Source: Calditrichia bacterium
GTDB taxonomy: Bacteria; Calditrichota; Calditrichia; JAJRVZ01
Assembly: GCA_963796965.1 (NCBI GenBank)
Contig: CAWCNS010000006.1
Span: 224,001 to 288,000 of the forward strand
Direction of reading: 5' to 3'
DNA length: 64,000 bases
How positions within the stretch are numbered: the first letter of the stretch is position 1; every line of letters starts with the position of its first letter. Below are positions 1-9,629 of the stretch, piece by piece. The translations under genes and the position numbers were made by a program. The notes beneath the pieces are model-generated. The model did no database searches, was not told the origin of the DNA, and saw only the letters and a list, made by a program, of their open reading frames with translations.

Positions 1-510
1 GTATATGAGGACGGTGGGGTAACACCTGACAGGATTGTTGCTAATGAAGAAATACCTGCCGTTGTAACCGAATTGTGGCGACAAAGTTTATTATTCAATT
101 TTACCGTTGACTATCATCAGGAACATGCTAATTGGGAGAGTGATCTGGACATCTCCGATAAAATTTTTAATGAATTCGTATCCTTTGTTAAAAGGAAAGA
201 GTTTGAGTACCAGATTGAGGGTGAAAGTGAACTGCTTACATTCCTTGACACCGCCAGGGAGAATGATTTTCCAACAGATATCATCAATACCTCTGAAGAT
301 CTTCTTGAGCGTTTAAATAGTATAAAAGGTACTGATTTGGTTGTCCACAAACAGGCTATTAAGGATATTCTTCTACCGGAACTTGTAGAAAAATATTTAG
401 GTGACCACGAACGTATTCGCTTTAGTCTCAAAAATGATGAACAGGTCTACGAAGCAATAGACGTGGTGTTAAATAAAAGTGAGTATAAAAAGATTCTTGC
501 AATAAAATAA
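1..510 (+). CDS. S41 family carboxyl-terminal protease, C-terminal part (truncated by window start)
   Basis: Frame open from base 1 reads VYEDGGVTPD... (GGI/VTPD motif of S41 proteases) followed by a helical tail ending D-x-Q-V-x-x-A; stop at 510. Confidence 0.7.
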   Translation, partial: VYEDGGVTPDRIVANEEIPAVVTELWRQSLLFNFTVDYHQEHANWESDLDISDKIFNEFVSFVKRKEFEYQIEGESELLTFLDTARENDFPTDIINTSEDLLERLNSIKGTDLVVHKQAIKDILLPELVEKYLGDHERIRFSLKNDEQVYEAIDVVLNKSEYKKILAIK

Positions 511-538
511 GTTTTAAATTAAAATAAGTTTATATCTT

Positions 539-568
539 AAAAGGATTGAATTACTCAATCCTTTTTTT
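539..568 (+). terminator. Rho-independent terminator
   Basis: AAAAGGATTGA-attac-TCAATCCTTTTTTT hairpin with T tract. Confidence 0.85.
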
Positions 569-589
569 ATTGCCCAAAAGCGACTTTTC

Positions 590-2011
590 ATGAAATCTAA
601 GATAAAGAAAAACACTAAAAGAGTATTTGAGGAATTAGCTGCCCTTGCTGATGAACTCGGTCTGGAAATTCACGTTGTCGGCGGATATGTCAGAGATTTA
701 TTACGTGGACACGATGGATTAGATATGGATTTTGTTATTGTCGGTGATGCGATCAGATTTGGTTTAGAATTCAAAAAGCGAAAGAAGGCTGGTTCTTTTG
801 TCACGTATCCGCGATTTGGTACCTGCATGTTAAAATATAAAAACCACCAGCTTGAATTTGTTTCTGCCCGTAGCGAATCCTATGAGGAGAATTCCCGCAA
901 GCCAGAAGTAAAAATGGCCGACTTGCTTTCTGATCTGAGCCGCAGAGATTTTACTATTAATGCCATGGCCATGAATATTCAACCCGATCATTGGGGAGAA
1001 ATAGTTGATCCTTATGATGGTCAAAAGGACCTGAAGATCGGTTTAATCAAAACACCATTGGATCCAGAGCGTACTTTCTCGGATGATCCTCTGAGGATGA
1101 TGCGTGCTATACGATTTGCCACACAATTTTCCTACCAAATCGATCCCACCACCTTAGACGCGATAAAAGCAACATCAAACAGAATTGGGATAATTTCACA
1201 GGAAAGGATAACAGCTGAATTTAATAAAATACTTCTTACTAACAAACCGTCCGCTGGCTTAAACCTCCTGGAGCAAACAGGTTTATTGGATAGGTTTTTT
1301 CCAGAGATGACTTCAACGCGAGGCATAGAGCAAAGAGAAAAGTACCATCACAAGGACGTCTTTTATCATACACTTCAGGTTGTTGACCAGATAGCAGAAG
1401 TATCGGATAATTTGGCTCTCCGACTTTCCGGTGTTTTTCATGATATCGCTAAACCAAATACAAAGCGATTTAATAAGAAAAGTGGATGGACTTTTTATGG
1501 TCATGAAGTTGTTGGCGAAAGAATGTCGGCATCAATTTTGCATAGATTAAAATATTCTAGGGAGGTTATAAGCTATGTGAAAAAGATGGTGCGGCTTCAT
1601 CTCCGACCCATGGCACTTGTCAGTGATGAGGTTACTGATTCTGCCATCCGGCGTTTGTTATTCCTGGCAGGTAATTCTTTTGATGATTTAATGGTTTTAT
1701 GTAAGGCTGATATTACATCAAAGAATCCCGAAAAGGTAAAACGTTATCTGAAGAATTATGAAATAGTGATGGAGAAAGCACAAGAAGTAGAAGAAAAGGA
1801 TCAATTGCGTGCTTTTAAGAGTCCAGTAGATGGAAATGAAATCATGACCATCTTTAATCTCAAACCCGGTCCTCTCATTGGTGTTATTAAAAAATATATC
1901 GAAGAAGGTATCCTTACCGGGGCGATTGAAAATGATCATGATGCCGCTTTAGACTATCTGCATACTACCAGAGACGAGTTATTATCAAAGATTGATTCTG
2001 AATCGAATTAA
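590..2011 (+). CDS. cca: CCA tRNA nucleotidyltransferase (PolyA_pol + HD domain)
   Basis: VGGYVRD, DMDFV, RRDFTINAM, DDPLRMMRAIRFA and HD-domain FHDIAKP motifs. Confidence 0.9.
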   Translation: MKSKIKKNTKRVFEELAALADELGLEIHVVGGYVRDLLRGHDGLDMDFVIVGDAIRFGLEFKKRKKAGSFVTYPRFGTCMLKYKNHQLEFVSARSESYEENSRKPEVKMADLLSDLSRRDFTINAMAMNIQPDHWGEIVDPYDGQKDLKIGLIKTPLDPERTFSDDPLRMMRAIRFATQFSYQIDPTTLDAIKATSNRIGIISQERITAEFNKILLTNKPSAGLNLLEQTGLLDRFFPEMTSTRGIEQREKYHHKDVFYHTLQVVDQIAEVSDNLALRLSGVFHDIAKPNTKRFNKKSGWTFYGHEVVGERMSASILHRLKYSREVISYVKKMVRLHLRPMALVSDEVTDSAIRRLLFLAGNSFDDLMVLCKADITSKNPEKVKRYLKNYEIVMEKAQEVEEKDQLRAFKSPVDGNEIMTIFNLKPGPLIGVIKKYIEEGILTGAIENDHDAALDYLHTTRDELLSKIDSESN

Positions 2012-2086
2012 AAAGCCACAAGCTTATATCCAATATACATTGATCCCATGCTCAACCCTTATTCATCAAATCTAAAGGATATCATA

Positions 2087-3458
2087 ATGAAACAGTTAAA
2101 TGTTTTAATTCTTGATGATGAACGAAAAATTGCAGATAAGGTAGCTAAATTTCTTATCAGACGTGGGTACGCAGCAAAGACCGCCTATCATCCAGACCAG
2201 GCTTTTAAAATAATCAATAAAGAGCCCACGGATATACTCATTTCAGACGTAATGATGCCAGGAATAATCGGGCTTGAGTTTCTCAAAAAGGTAAAATCCT
2301 CCTTTCCTCATATTGAAGTTATTATGATTAGTGCTCATGGGGATATGGATATGGTTATCGAAGCAATGCATAATGGTGCTGTGGACTTTATAAAGAAACC
2401 ATTTGGTTTTCTGGATATTCAAATGGCCATAGAAAGAACAGGAAAATATTTACATTTACAAACTCTCCTGGAGTTAGCCGAAGACCACAATTCATTGATA
2501 TCTATGGAGTTAGAGAAACGTATCGATAGAAATTTTATCGGTACCAGTCAAAAGATAAAGTCCGTCCTACGCATACGCTTTAAAAGCAGGAAAAGACAGG
2601 GATGCCAGCATTCTAATTACCGGTGAAAATGGAACAGGTAAAGAAATTATTGCCCGTATCATTCACCATGCCAGCGATCGACATGAACCTACCTATTGCT
2701 CCGTAAATTGTTCTGCCGTTCCTGAGACATTAATAGAAAGTGAATTTTTTGGACATGTCAAAGGATCATTTACAGATGCCAAAACAGATAAAAAAGGATT
2801 ATTTGAACTGGCACATAGCGGTTCTCTCTTTCTTGATGAGATTGCTGACATGCCTGTCAATTTACAATCTAAATTATTGCGCGCCTTAGAAGAAAAAAAA
2901 ATAAAACGTGTTGGAGGAATTAAAGAGATCAATGTGGATGTCAGAGTAATCTCTGCCACTAACCAAAATATCGAAGAATTAGTGGAAGACAATAAATTCA
3001 GGATTGACCTCTTGCATCGCATTAACACCATTACAATTAACATACCCCCGTTAAGAGAGCGACCTAGTGATATAAAGCCACTTCTTTTCTACTTTATTGA
3101 ATATTTTTCCCTGAGAAAAAATATTCCGATACCTGCCGTTGCCCCAGGAGTGCTTGAAAAACTTGAAGCATATTCATTTCCCGGAAATGTGAGAGAACTT
3201 CAAAATATGGTAGAACGTGCCCTGATTCTTTCAGATAATAATGCGCTTACGACCTCAGATTTTCCAGTCAAGGATCACACAAAAGCATTGAAGCGACATC
3301 TGAATCTTTTGGATAATGAGCTTTACCTTATAAAAAAAGCCATGAAGGAAACAAATTATAATCAAAAAAGGGCTGCCATGTTATTGGGTCTTTCCAGAGA
3401 TGCATTGATCAGACGGATGAATAAGTTCGGTCTGAAAATTGACAAAAACTTTAATTAA
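2087..3458 (+). CDS. Sigma54-dependent (NtrC-family) response regulator; frameshift near 2580
   Basis: REC domain (LILDDE, ISDVMMP, FIKKPF); AAA+ in the shifted frame (ITGENGTGKE, ESEFFGH, GSFTDA, LFLDEI, FPGNVRELQN); Fis-type HTH at the C-terminus. Confidence 0.9.
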
Positions 3459-3473
3459 ATCTTATATAGAAGA

Positions 3474-3503
3474 GTGCTAAATCGCACAAGTGTGCGAATA
3501 CAC
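3474..3503. promoter_or_regulatory. Palindromic cluster, candidate enhancer-binding-protein UAS
   Basis: TCGCACA-ag-TGTGCGA (3482-3497) overlapping GTGC-N6-GCAC (3474-3487), just after the regulator stop codon. Confidence 0.45.
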
Positions 3504-3762
3504 GTAAATAAGCTGGTGTGCTCACTTAAGATATAGACATTTTTTACATATTTTTATTCGGGAATAGTGGTATTATGTATTGGCATGATTCTGGTATGAT
3601 AAAACTTTAAATCAACCAGAAACTGAGGAGGAATGGCAATGTACTAAATCTCATCCGCTACCTGTTTTCATTTATTCAATTTTCTAACTTGTTTTTCGTT
3701 TAATATTTAGTATTTTTGACTTATGATGAATTTTAATTAATGACAAATATTTGGAGGTAAAA

Positions 3763-4221
3763 ATGTCGAAGGGAACAGTGAATAAAGCAATTTTGGTAGG
3801 TCGGCTAGGTCGTGATCCTGAAATGCGATACACATCATCCGGAACTGCCGTAGTTAATTTCAGTATTGCAACCAATCATTATGTAAAAGATCAAAGTGGT
3901 AATAATAATGATCAGACTGAATGGCATAATATTGTTGCATTTGGCAAGACCGCTGAAATCGCAAGCGAGTATTTAACTAAAGGACGTTTGGTTTTTATTG
4001 AAGGACGGCTTCAAACCAGATCCTGGGATGATCAAAATGGACAAAAAAAATATAAAACAGAAGTTGTCTGCTCAAACATGCAGCTCTTAGGAGGACGTGG
4101 AGATTCATCGGAACCAATGGCTGAATCTGCTCCTACCGACGAAGAATCCGTTGATCAGTCTAAAGTGGGAAATGAAAAAGAAGCAGCACCGGCTGAGGAA
4201 GAAGACGATCTACCCTTCTAA
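3763..4221 (+). CDS. ssb: Single-stranded DNA-binding protein
   Basis: VNKAILVGRLGRDPE, TEWH, EGRLQTRSW, C-terminal DDLPF; GGAGG RBS. Confidence 0.97.
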   Translation: MSKGTVNKAILVGRLGRDPEMRYTSSGTAVVNFSIATNHYVKDQSGNNNDQTEWHNIVAFGKTAEIASEYLTKGRLVFIEGRLQTRSWDDQNGQKKYKTEVVCSNMQLLGGRGDSSEPMAESAPTDEESVDQSKVGNEKEAAPAEEEDDLPF

Positions 4222-4234
4222 GCTTCCATTCAAG

Positions 4235-4285
4235 CGGGAAGTTCTTAACCTGGATTGTTCCAGATTATAACTTCCCGTTTTCTTT
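4235..4285 (+). terminator. Terminator-like long hairpin after ssb
   Basis: CGGGAAGTT...CTGGA-ttgt-TCCAG...AACTTCCCG followed by TTTTCTTT. Confidence 0.7.
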
Positions 4286-4318
4286 CCACCCGCAAATTTC
4301 AACTAAATACCATATTTC

Positions 4319-6209
4319 ACGAGTAAGTGAGGGGCTCACACCCCTCGACTTCTCACACCACCGGACGTACGGTTCACGTATCACGGCGGTTCTTAAGTTA
4401 ACTAATTCTGAGCATATAGAGTTTATCGAGCATACACACCAGTCCATGATTATCAAAGAATTTCTTTCTGAATGCATCGTTCATATGTGATGCACCTGAA
4501 TTCCACCACGGGCCTCGTCCATTAGCAGAAGACGTTTTCGCTCTTTCTTTAGACAATCCAGCCGTCAGTAATTTCCTGAATCTTGTCTTACCTCGTTTCA
4601 ATTGGCGCCATAAAATTAAGCGTAAACGTCTACGAATCCAACTATCTAAATCTTCTGCGAAACCTTTAACTTCTGCTTTGCCAAAGTAGTTTATCCAGCC
4701 TTGTATTACTGGATTTAGGTCTTCACGAATAAATTTACCCAAATTTCTACCTCGTCCTTGGCGAAGTAATTGTTTGCACTTGAATTTAAATCGTTGGATC
4801 GTCTCTTTCGGTACTCTTAGTCTTGGTTCTTTATGGAATGTGAATGAATATCCTAAAAACGTTCTCTTCCACGGTCTGTCAACGGCACTTTTCTCTTTGT
4901 TTACTTTCAGGCGTAGTTTCTTCTCAACAAACTTCGTTATTGAGTCTAAAACTCGTTCACCTGATCGGCGACTACTCACATAAATATTGCAGTCGTCAGC
5001 ATAACGACAGAAACTGTGACCTCTGCGTTCCAATTCCTTATCCAGTTCATCTAACATGATATTGGATAACAGAGGTGACAAGGGGCTACCTTGTGGTGTC
5101 CCTTTATCCCGTTGATTAACCATTCCGTCAATCATTATGCCCGATCTTAGATAACTGCGAATCAAGCGAAGTACTCGTTTATCTTCTATGCTCTTAGCTA
5201 TCTTCGACATCAATACATCATGATTGACTTCGTCAAAGAACTTGGCCAAATCCATATCCACAACCCACCGTTTACCTGATTTCTGGTATACTTGCGCCTG
5301 CTTTAAGGCCTGATGAGCATTCTTGCCTTTCCTGAATCCATAACTGTATTCTGAAAAGGTCGGATCGAATATTGGATTTAGTACCTGGTGGATGGCTTGT
5401 TGAATCAGTCGATCCATAACCGTGGGAATACCTAATTGACGTTGGCCACCCTTTGGTTTTGGAATGAATACTACCCTGACTGCCTGGGGTTTATATTCCC
5501 CTCTCAACAAAGATTCTTTGATCTCAGCCCAATGTTCTGCAAGGTAAGGCTTTAGTTGATCTACCGACATTTTATCAATACCAGCTGATCCCTTATTCCT
5601 TACTACTTGTTTATAGGCTGAATATCATGTTCCCGCGTTCGACCATACGCTCCATTAATCCCATAGTCTCAGGGGATGGTTTCTTATCTACCGATGCAGG
5701 GTTTGTCATACTCATAGAGTTACTCCCATTTTCCGAACGGTACACCCTCTATGAACTTTGAGTATCTCAACTCGCTTTTCTATGACTACTTCCTCACGCA
5801 CAGTAATAAGTCTTCTCCCGTTAATTTAAGTTCGGTCCTTTGGTTCTTAGTCGATGAACCTAATATGACCTCTGCTGACTTCTCTGATCCCATCTCATCA
5901 CCTCTCGATGATGATAGCACTAAGGGCAAAATCAGAGATCTCCCCGGGTAATGCGCTGATACCTTCACACTTATACCTGCCACATATACAATTATACTTT
6001 CCGGGTAAGTATCGGACTTTTGAGATTTATGCCTCATCATCCGATATAACTGCCTCGTATGTGGTTTCTGTTCGTCAGGCCAGTGTTTTGCCTTCGGCTT
6101 CCTTCAGATTCCACCTCACGGTGGACACCCTTGCCGTCCGCTAATGATTCCCCTTACCGGGCTCATAGGAGACTTTCACTCCCAAGTGTCAGCGCCCTGC
6201 CGGGCGCAC
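4319..6209 (-). mobile_element. Group II intron, class IIC
   Basis: 5' end GTGCGCCCGGCAGGGCG at 6209; domain V GAACCGCCG...CGTACGTCCGGTGGTGTGAG (4392-4349, CGC triad); domain VI ending CTTACTCG; internal RT without endonuclease domain; inserted immediately after a terminator. 3' boundary approximate. Confidence 0.92.
4398..5715 (-). CDS. ltrA: Group II intron reverse transcriptase/maturase; one-base frameshift near 5620, start approximate (5715 or 5664)
   Basis: AYKQVVRNKGSAGID, IPKPKGGQRQLGIPTVMDRLIQQA, VDMDLAKFFD, GTPQGSPLSPLLSN, YADD, FLGYSF, maturase GWINYF. Confidence 0.93.
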
Positions 6210-6211
6210 AT

Positions 6212-6243
6212 AAAAAAAGGCTGCAACAAACGTTGCAACCTTT
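6212..6243 (-). terminator. Rho-independent terminator (intron target)
   Basis: Minus strand AAAGGTTGCAAC-gttt-GTTGCAGCC-TTTTTTT, then AT and the intron GTGCG. Confidence 0.85.
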
Positions 6244-6300
6244 ATTCAGGGTTCCCATCCCACAAGCATTTATACTTGAAATTCTTAAATCTTAATGAAC
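6212..6300 (-). ncRNA. Candidate small RNA of about 90 nt
   Basis: Bounded by a sigma70-like promoter (6335-6307) and the terminator (6243-6212); no ORF of note. Confidence 0.45.
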
Positions 6301-6339
6301 AACAATAATATAGGAACCATATTTAAAAATTTCAAGTAT
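6272..6339. repeat. 19-bp inverted repeat (18/19 match) with 30-bp spacer
   Basis: ATACTTGAAATTCTTAAAT (6272-6290) and ATTTAAAAATTTCAAGTAT (6321-6339). Confidence 0.85.
6307..6335 (-). promoter_or_regulatory. Sigma70-type promoter
   Basis: TTGAAA-N17-TATATT on the minus strand. Confidence 0.55.
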
Positions 6340-6681
6340 TACTTTAAAAAATTGCTGTTTTTACATTTTTCTCTATTCACCTTCATGTTTTGAATTTTTA
6401 ACAAAATCATAATGGTTAGGGAATGGGGTTGTTTTTGAAAGAAAAAATATTATATTTGAATTTACTTAATTATGGACACCAGGTTAAAAATCAATAGAGT
6501 GAAGAAATCATCCGTTTTCAATACCGAAATACATGTAAAATGATTTACCCCAATACTCGTTCTTCTTCTGATCGGTTTCATATTTTTTTCAATAGAAAAT
6601 TATCACAAAATTAAAGTATTAGATACTTTTTTCTCGTAATTTACGAGCCAGACAAAAAATCGATTTAACCAGCATATATCT

Positions 6682-7089
6682 ATGTCAAAAGAAAATCAAT
6701 TATCAGATTTAATCCAATCAGCCAGGAATGCAAGAAGTTATTCGCAAGCCAAGTATTCAAATTTCAAGGTAGGTGCAGCTTTAGAGACTGCTGAGGGTGA
6801 AATCATTACAGGATGTAACATTGAGAGCAGTTCATACGGACTAACAATTTGTGCCGAACGCGTAGCTCTTGCCAAAGCCCTTTCCGAGGGAAAACTTAAC
6901 TTTAATCGAATTGCAATCATTGGACCGGATGACGACTTTTGTCCACCTTGTGGCGCCTGCCGACAATTGTTATATGATTATTCAAGTGATCTGACAATAA
7001 TCCTAACAAATGGTAAAGACATTAAAACAATCCCCTTGGAGGACTTACTCCCACATGCTTTTGGTGAAACAAAATTGAGATTGAAATGA
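6682..7089 (+). CDS. cdd: Cytidine deaminase
   Basis: YSNFKVGAAL, GCNIE, CAERVA, PCGACRQ zinc motifs. Confidence 0.95.
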   Translation: MSKENQLSDLIQSARNARSYSQAKYSNFKVGAALETAEGEIITGCNIESSSYGLTICAERVALAKALSEGKLNFNRIAIIGPDDDFCPPCGACRQLLYDYSSDLTIILTNGKDIKTIPLEDLLPHAFGETKLRLK

Positions 7090-7718
7090 AAAATGGAATT
7101 TTAATTGGCATCTCAGGTGCCTCCGGATCTGGGAAAACTCTGGTTGCTGAGACTATCTATAAAAATCTTGGATCAGAAAATGTTGTCATAATCGAAGAAG
7201 ACTCATATTATAAGGATCTTTCTGCAATTCCTTTTAATGAAAGAACCGGACGTAACTTTGATCATCCGGATGCATTTGACCATGATTTGCTGGCCGAACA
7301 TATCAGGGGATTATTGAATGGAAAAGCTATTGCCCATCCTATTTATGATTATAGTACCCATAGCCGGAAAGATGAAACCCAAACCGTAGGACCTCATCTC
7401 ATAATTGTGCTTGAGGGTATTCTTATTTTAAACGAACCTGTCCTAAGGGATTTAATGGATATTAAAGTTTTTATTGATACAGCTCTGGATATTTGTTTCA
7501 TCCGTCGATTAAAGAGGGATATTGAAGAACGGGGTCGAGATGTAAGTTCGGTTATAAACCAGTATATAGAAACTGTTCGTCCTATGTACTCACAGTTTAT
7601 CGAGCCGTCTAAGAGATATGCAGACATTATCATCCCACAGGGTGGTAAAAATAAAGTAGCAATTGATATATTAACAACTAAAGTAAGATCATTATTAAGG
7701 GAGATGGGGGAAGATTAA
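7086..7718 (+). CDS. udk: Uridine kinase
   Basis: GISGASGSGKT, NFDHPDAFD, RRLKRDIEERGR, FIEPSKRYADII. Confidence 0.95.
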   Translation: MKNGILIGISGASGSGKTLVAETIYKNLGSENVVIIEEDSYYKDLSAIPFNERTGRNFDHPDAFDHDLLAEHIRGLLNGKAIAHPIYDYSTHSRKDETQTVGPHLIIVLEGILILNEPVLRDLMDIKVFIDTALDICFIRRLKRDIEERGRDVSSVINQYIETVRPMYSQFIEPSKRYADIIIPQGGKNKVAIDILTTKVRSLLREMGED

Positions 7719-8312
7719 TTGGATGCGATAGTACAAAGGCATACTGGTTGGATTGAAGTAATTTGTGGCAGTATGTTTTCCGGCAAAACTGAGGAGCTTA
7801 TTCGGCGGGTCCGTCGGGCACAAATAGCACGCCAAAGAGTGGAATTGTTTAAACCTTCCATTGACACAAGGTATTCAGATGACGAAATAGTCTCCCATGA
7901 TGCCCAAAAATTACCTTCCCGGGTCGTAAAAGATGCCAATAAGATTATCCCACTATCCCTGGAAGCGCAAGTGGTTGCAATTGACGAGGCCCAATTTTAT
8001 AATAAGAATCTTGTAGCTGTCTGTAAAACCCTCGCAAATATGGGTAAACGGGTTATAGTTGCAGGTCTAGACACTGATTATCGTGGAGAACCCTTTGATC
8101 CTATACCTCAATTATTAGCTATAGCAGAATATATTACAAAAACCCATGCCATTTGTGTCACTTGCGGAAATCCTGCAAATTTTACCTACCGCAAGACAAA
8201 ATCCGAAAACCAGGTACTTATCGGCACCTCAGATATTTATGAGGCAAGGTGTCGCAACTGTTTTGAAGCCCCTGTAGAAAGTAAAGAAACAAAGGAGAGT
8301 AAAAAGAAATGA
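7719..8312 (+). CDS. tdk: Thymidine kinase
   Basis: GSMFSGKTEELIRR, IDEAQF, AGLDTDYRGEPF, Zn-binding CxxC pairs; TTG start. Confidence 0.95.
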   Translation: MDAIVQRHTGWIEVICGSMFSGKTEELIRRVRRAQIARQRVELFKPSIDTRYSDDEIVSHDAQKLPSRVVKDANKIIPLSLEAQVVAIDEAQFYNKNLVAVCKTLANMGKRVIVAGLDTDYRGEPFDPIPQLLAIAEYITKTHAICVTCGNPANFTYRKTKSENQVLIGTSDIYEARCRNCFEAPVESKETKESKKK

Positions 8313-9620
8313 TTAGTATTCTGTTCGGAATTCTTGGAATTGCCATTTTATTAAGTATTGCCTTCTTGTTTTCAGAAAGCCGGAAAAGTATTAACTGGCG
8401 TATAGTACTTACTGGGTTAGGGCTTCAATTGATTTTTGCAATATTTGTAATTCTCACACCATGGGGTTCTCTTGTATTTGATGCAATCGGTAGTTTTTTT
8501 GTTAAAATAATCAATTTCACATATAGCGGTGCTACGTTCGTGTTTGGTGCTCTGGCTAATCAAAGTGTTTTTGAACAAGCCTTTTCTGAGGAACTTCGGC
8601 TTGAAGGGGTCGGCTTTATATTTGCCTTCCAGGTTTTGCCTACCATCATATTCTTTTCTTCTCTTATGTCAGTTCTGTATCATCTTGGATTGATGCAAAA
8701 GATTGTGCAGGGTATGGCCTGGGTAATGGCAAAAACAATGCATGTCAGCGGTGCGGAATCAATCTCTGTAGCTGCCAACGTCTTTATCGGTCAGACCGAA
8801 GCACCTCTCGTGGTAAGACCCTATATTTCCCCCATGACTAAATCTGAATTATTAACTCTTATGATTGGTGGAATGGCAACAATCGCCGGTGGCGTACTTG
8901 CTGCCTATGTGAGTCTTTTAGGGGGTACTGATCCGGCACAACAATTATATTACGCCAAACATCTTTTATCCGCCAGTATAATGGCCGCTCCGGCAACAAT
9001 TGTTATTGCAAAAATTCTTGTTCCCGAGAGAGAAACATCACAAACAATGGGCAAAGTAAAAGTAATGGTCGAAAAAACTTCAGCCAATTTAATCGATGCT
9101 GCAGCGACTGGTGCTTCCGACGGTCTTAAGTTGGCAGCAAATGTTGGCGGAATGCTTCTTGCCTTTATCGCCCTCATATACATGTTGAATTGGATTCTCT
9201 CAGGAATACTAACTGATCTGTTGGGGTTTTATATTAATGACGATCCAATAACGATAGAAATATTACTGGGCTATTTGCTAAGCCCTCTCGCCTGGGTAAT
9301 TGGAGTTCCGTGGCAAGATGCTGTTACTGTTGGATCATTAATTGGGCAAAAAGTAGTTCTTAATGAATTTATTGCTTATCTAAACTTATCCCTCATCATT
9401 CCAACAGGTGTTCTGAGTGAAAAGGCAGTAATTATCTCGACATATGCTTTGTGTGGTTTTGCAAATTTCTCATCTATAGCGATTCAGTTGGGCGGCATTG
9501 GTGGGATTGCCCCGGACCGAAGAGCAGATCTTGCCAAGTTTGGATTAAAAGCTGTCTTGGGTGGCTCATTGGCAACTTTTATGACAGACTACAATAGCCG
9601 GTGTATTAACATCCTTGTAA
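8309..9620 (+). CDS. nupC: Concentrative nucleoside transporter (CNT/NupC); indel near 9587, true stop about 9620
   Basis: FAFQVLPTIIFFS, GQTEAPL, GGMATIAGGVL, ALCGFANFSSIAIQ; shifted end reads TIAGVLTSL*. Confidence 0.92.
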
Positions 9621-9629
9621 GGTATTATA

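Noticed and set aside
4398..5715. Reverse transcriptase as a retron, DGR or defence RT
   Set aside because: Flanking GTGCG, domains V/VI and the maturase domain identify an ordinary group II intron protein.
5751..6295. Short ORFs (66-84 aa) in the ORF track
   Set aside because: They overlap intron RNA domains I-IV and have no protein features.
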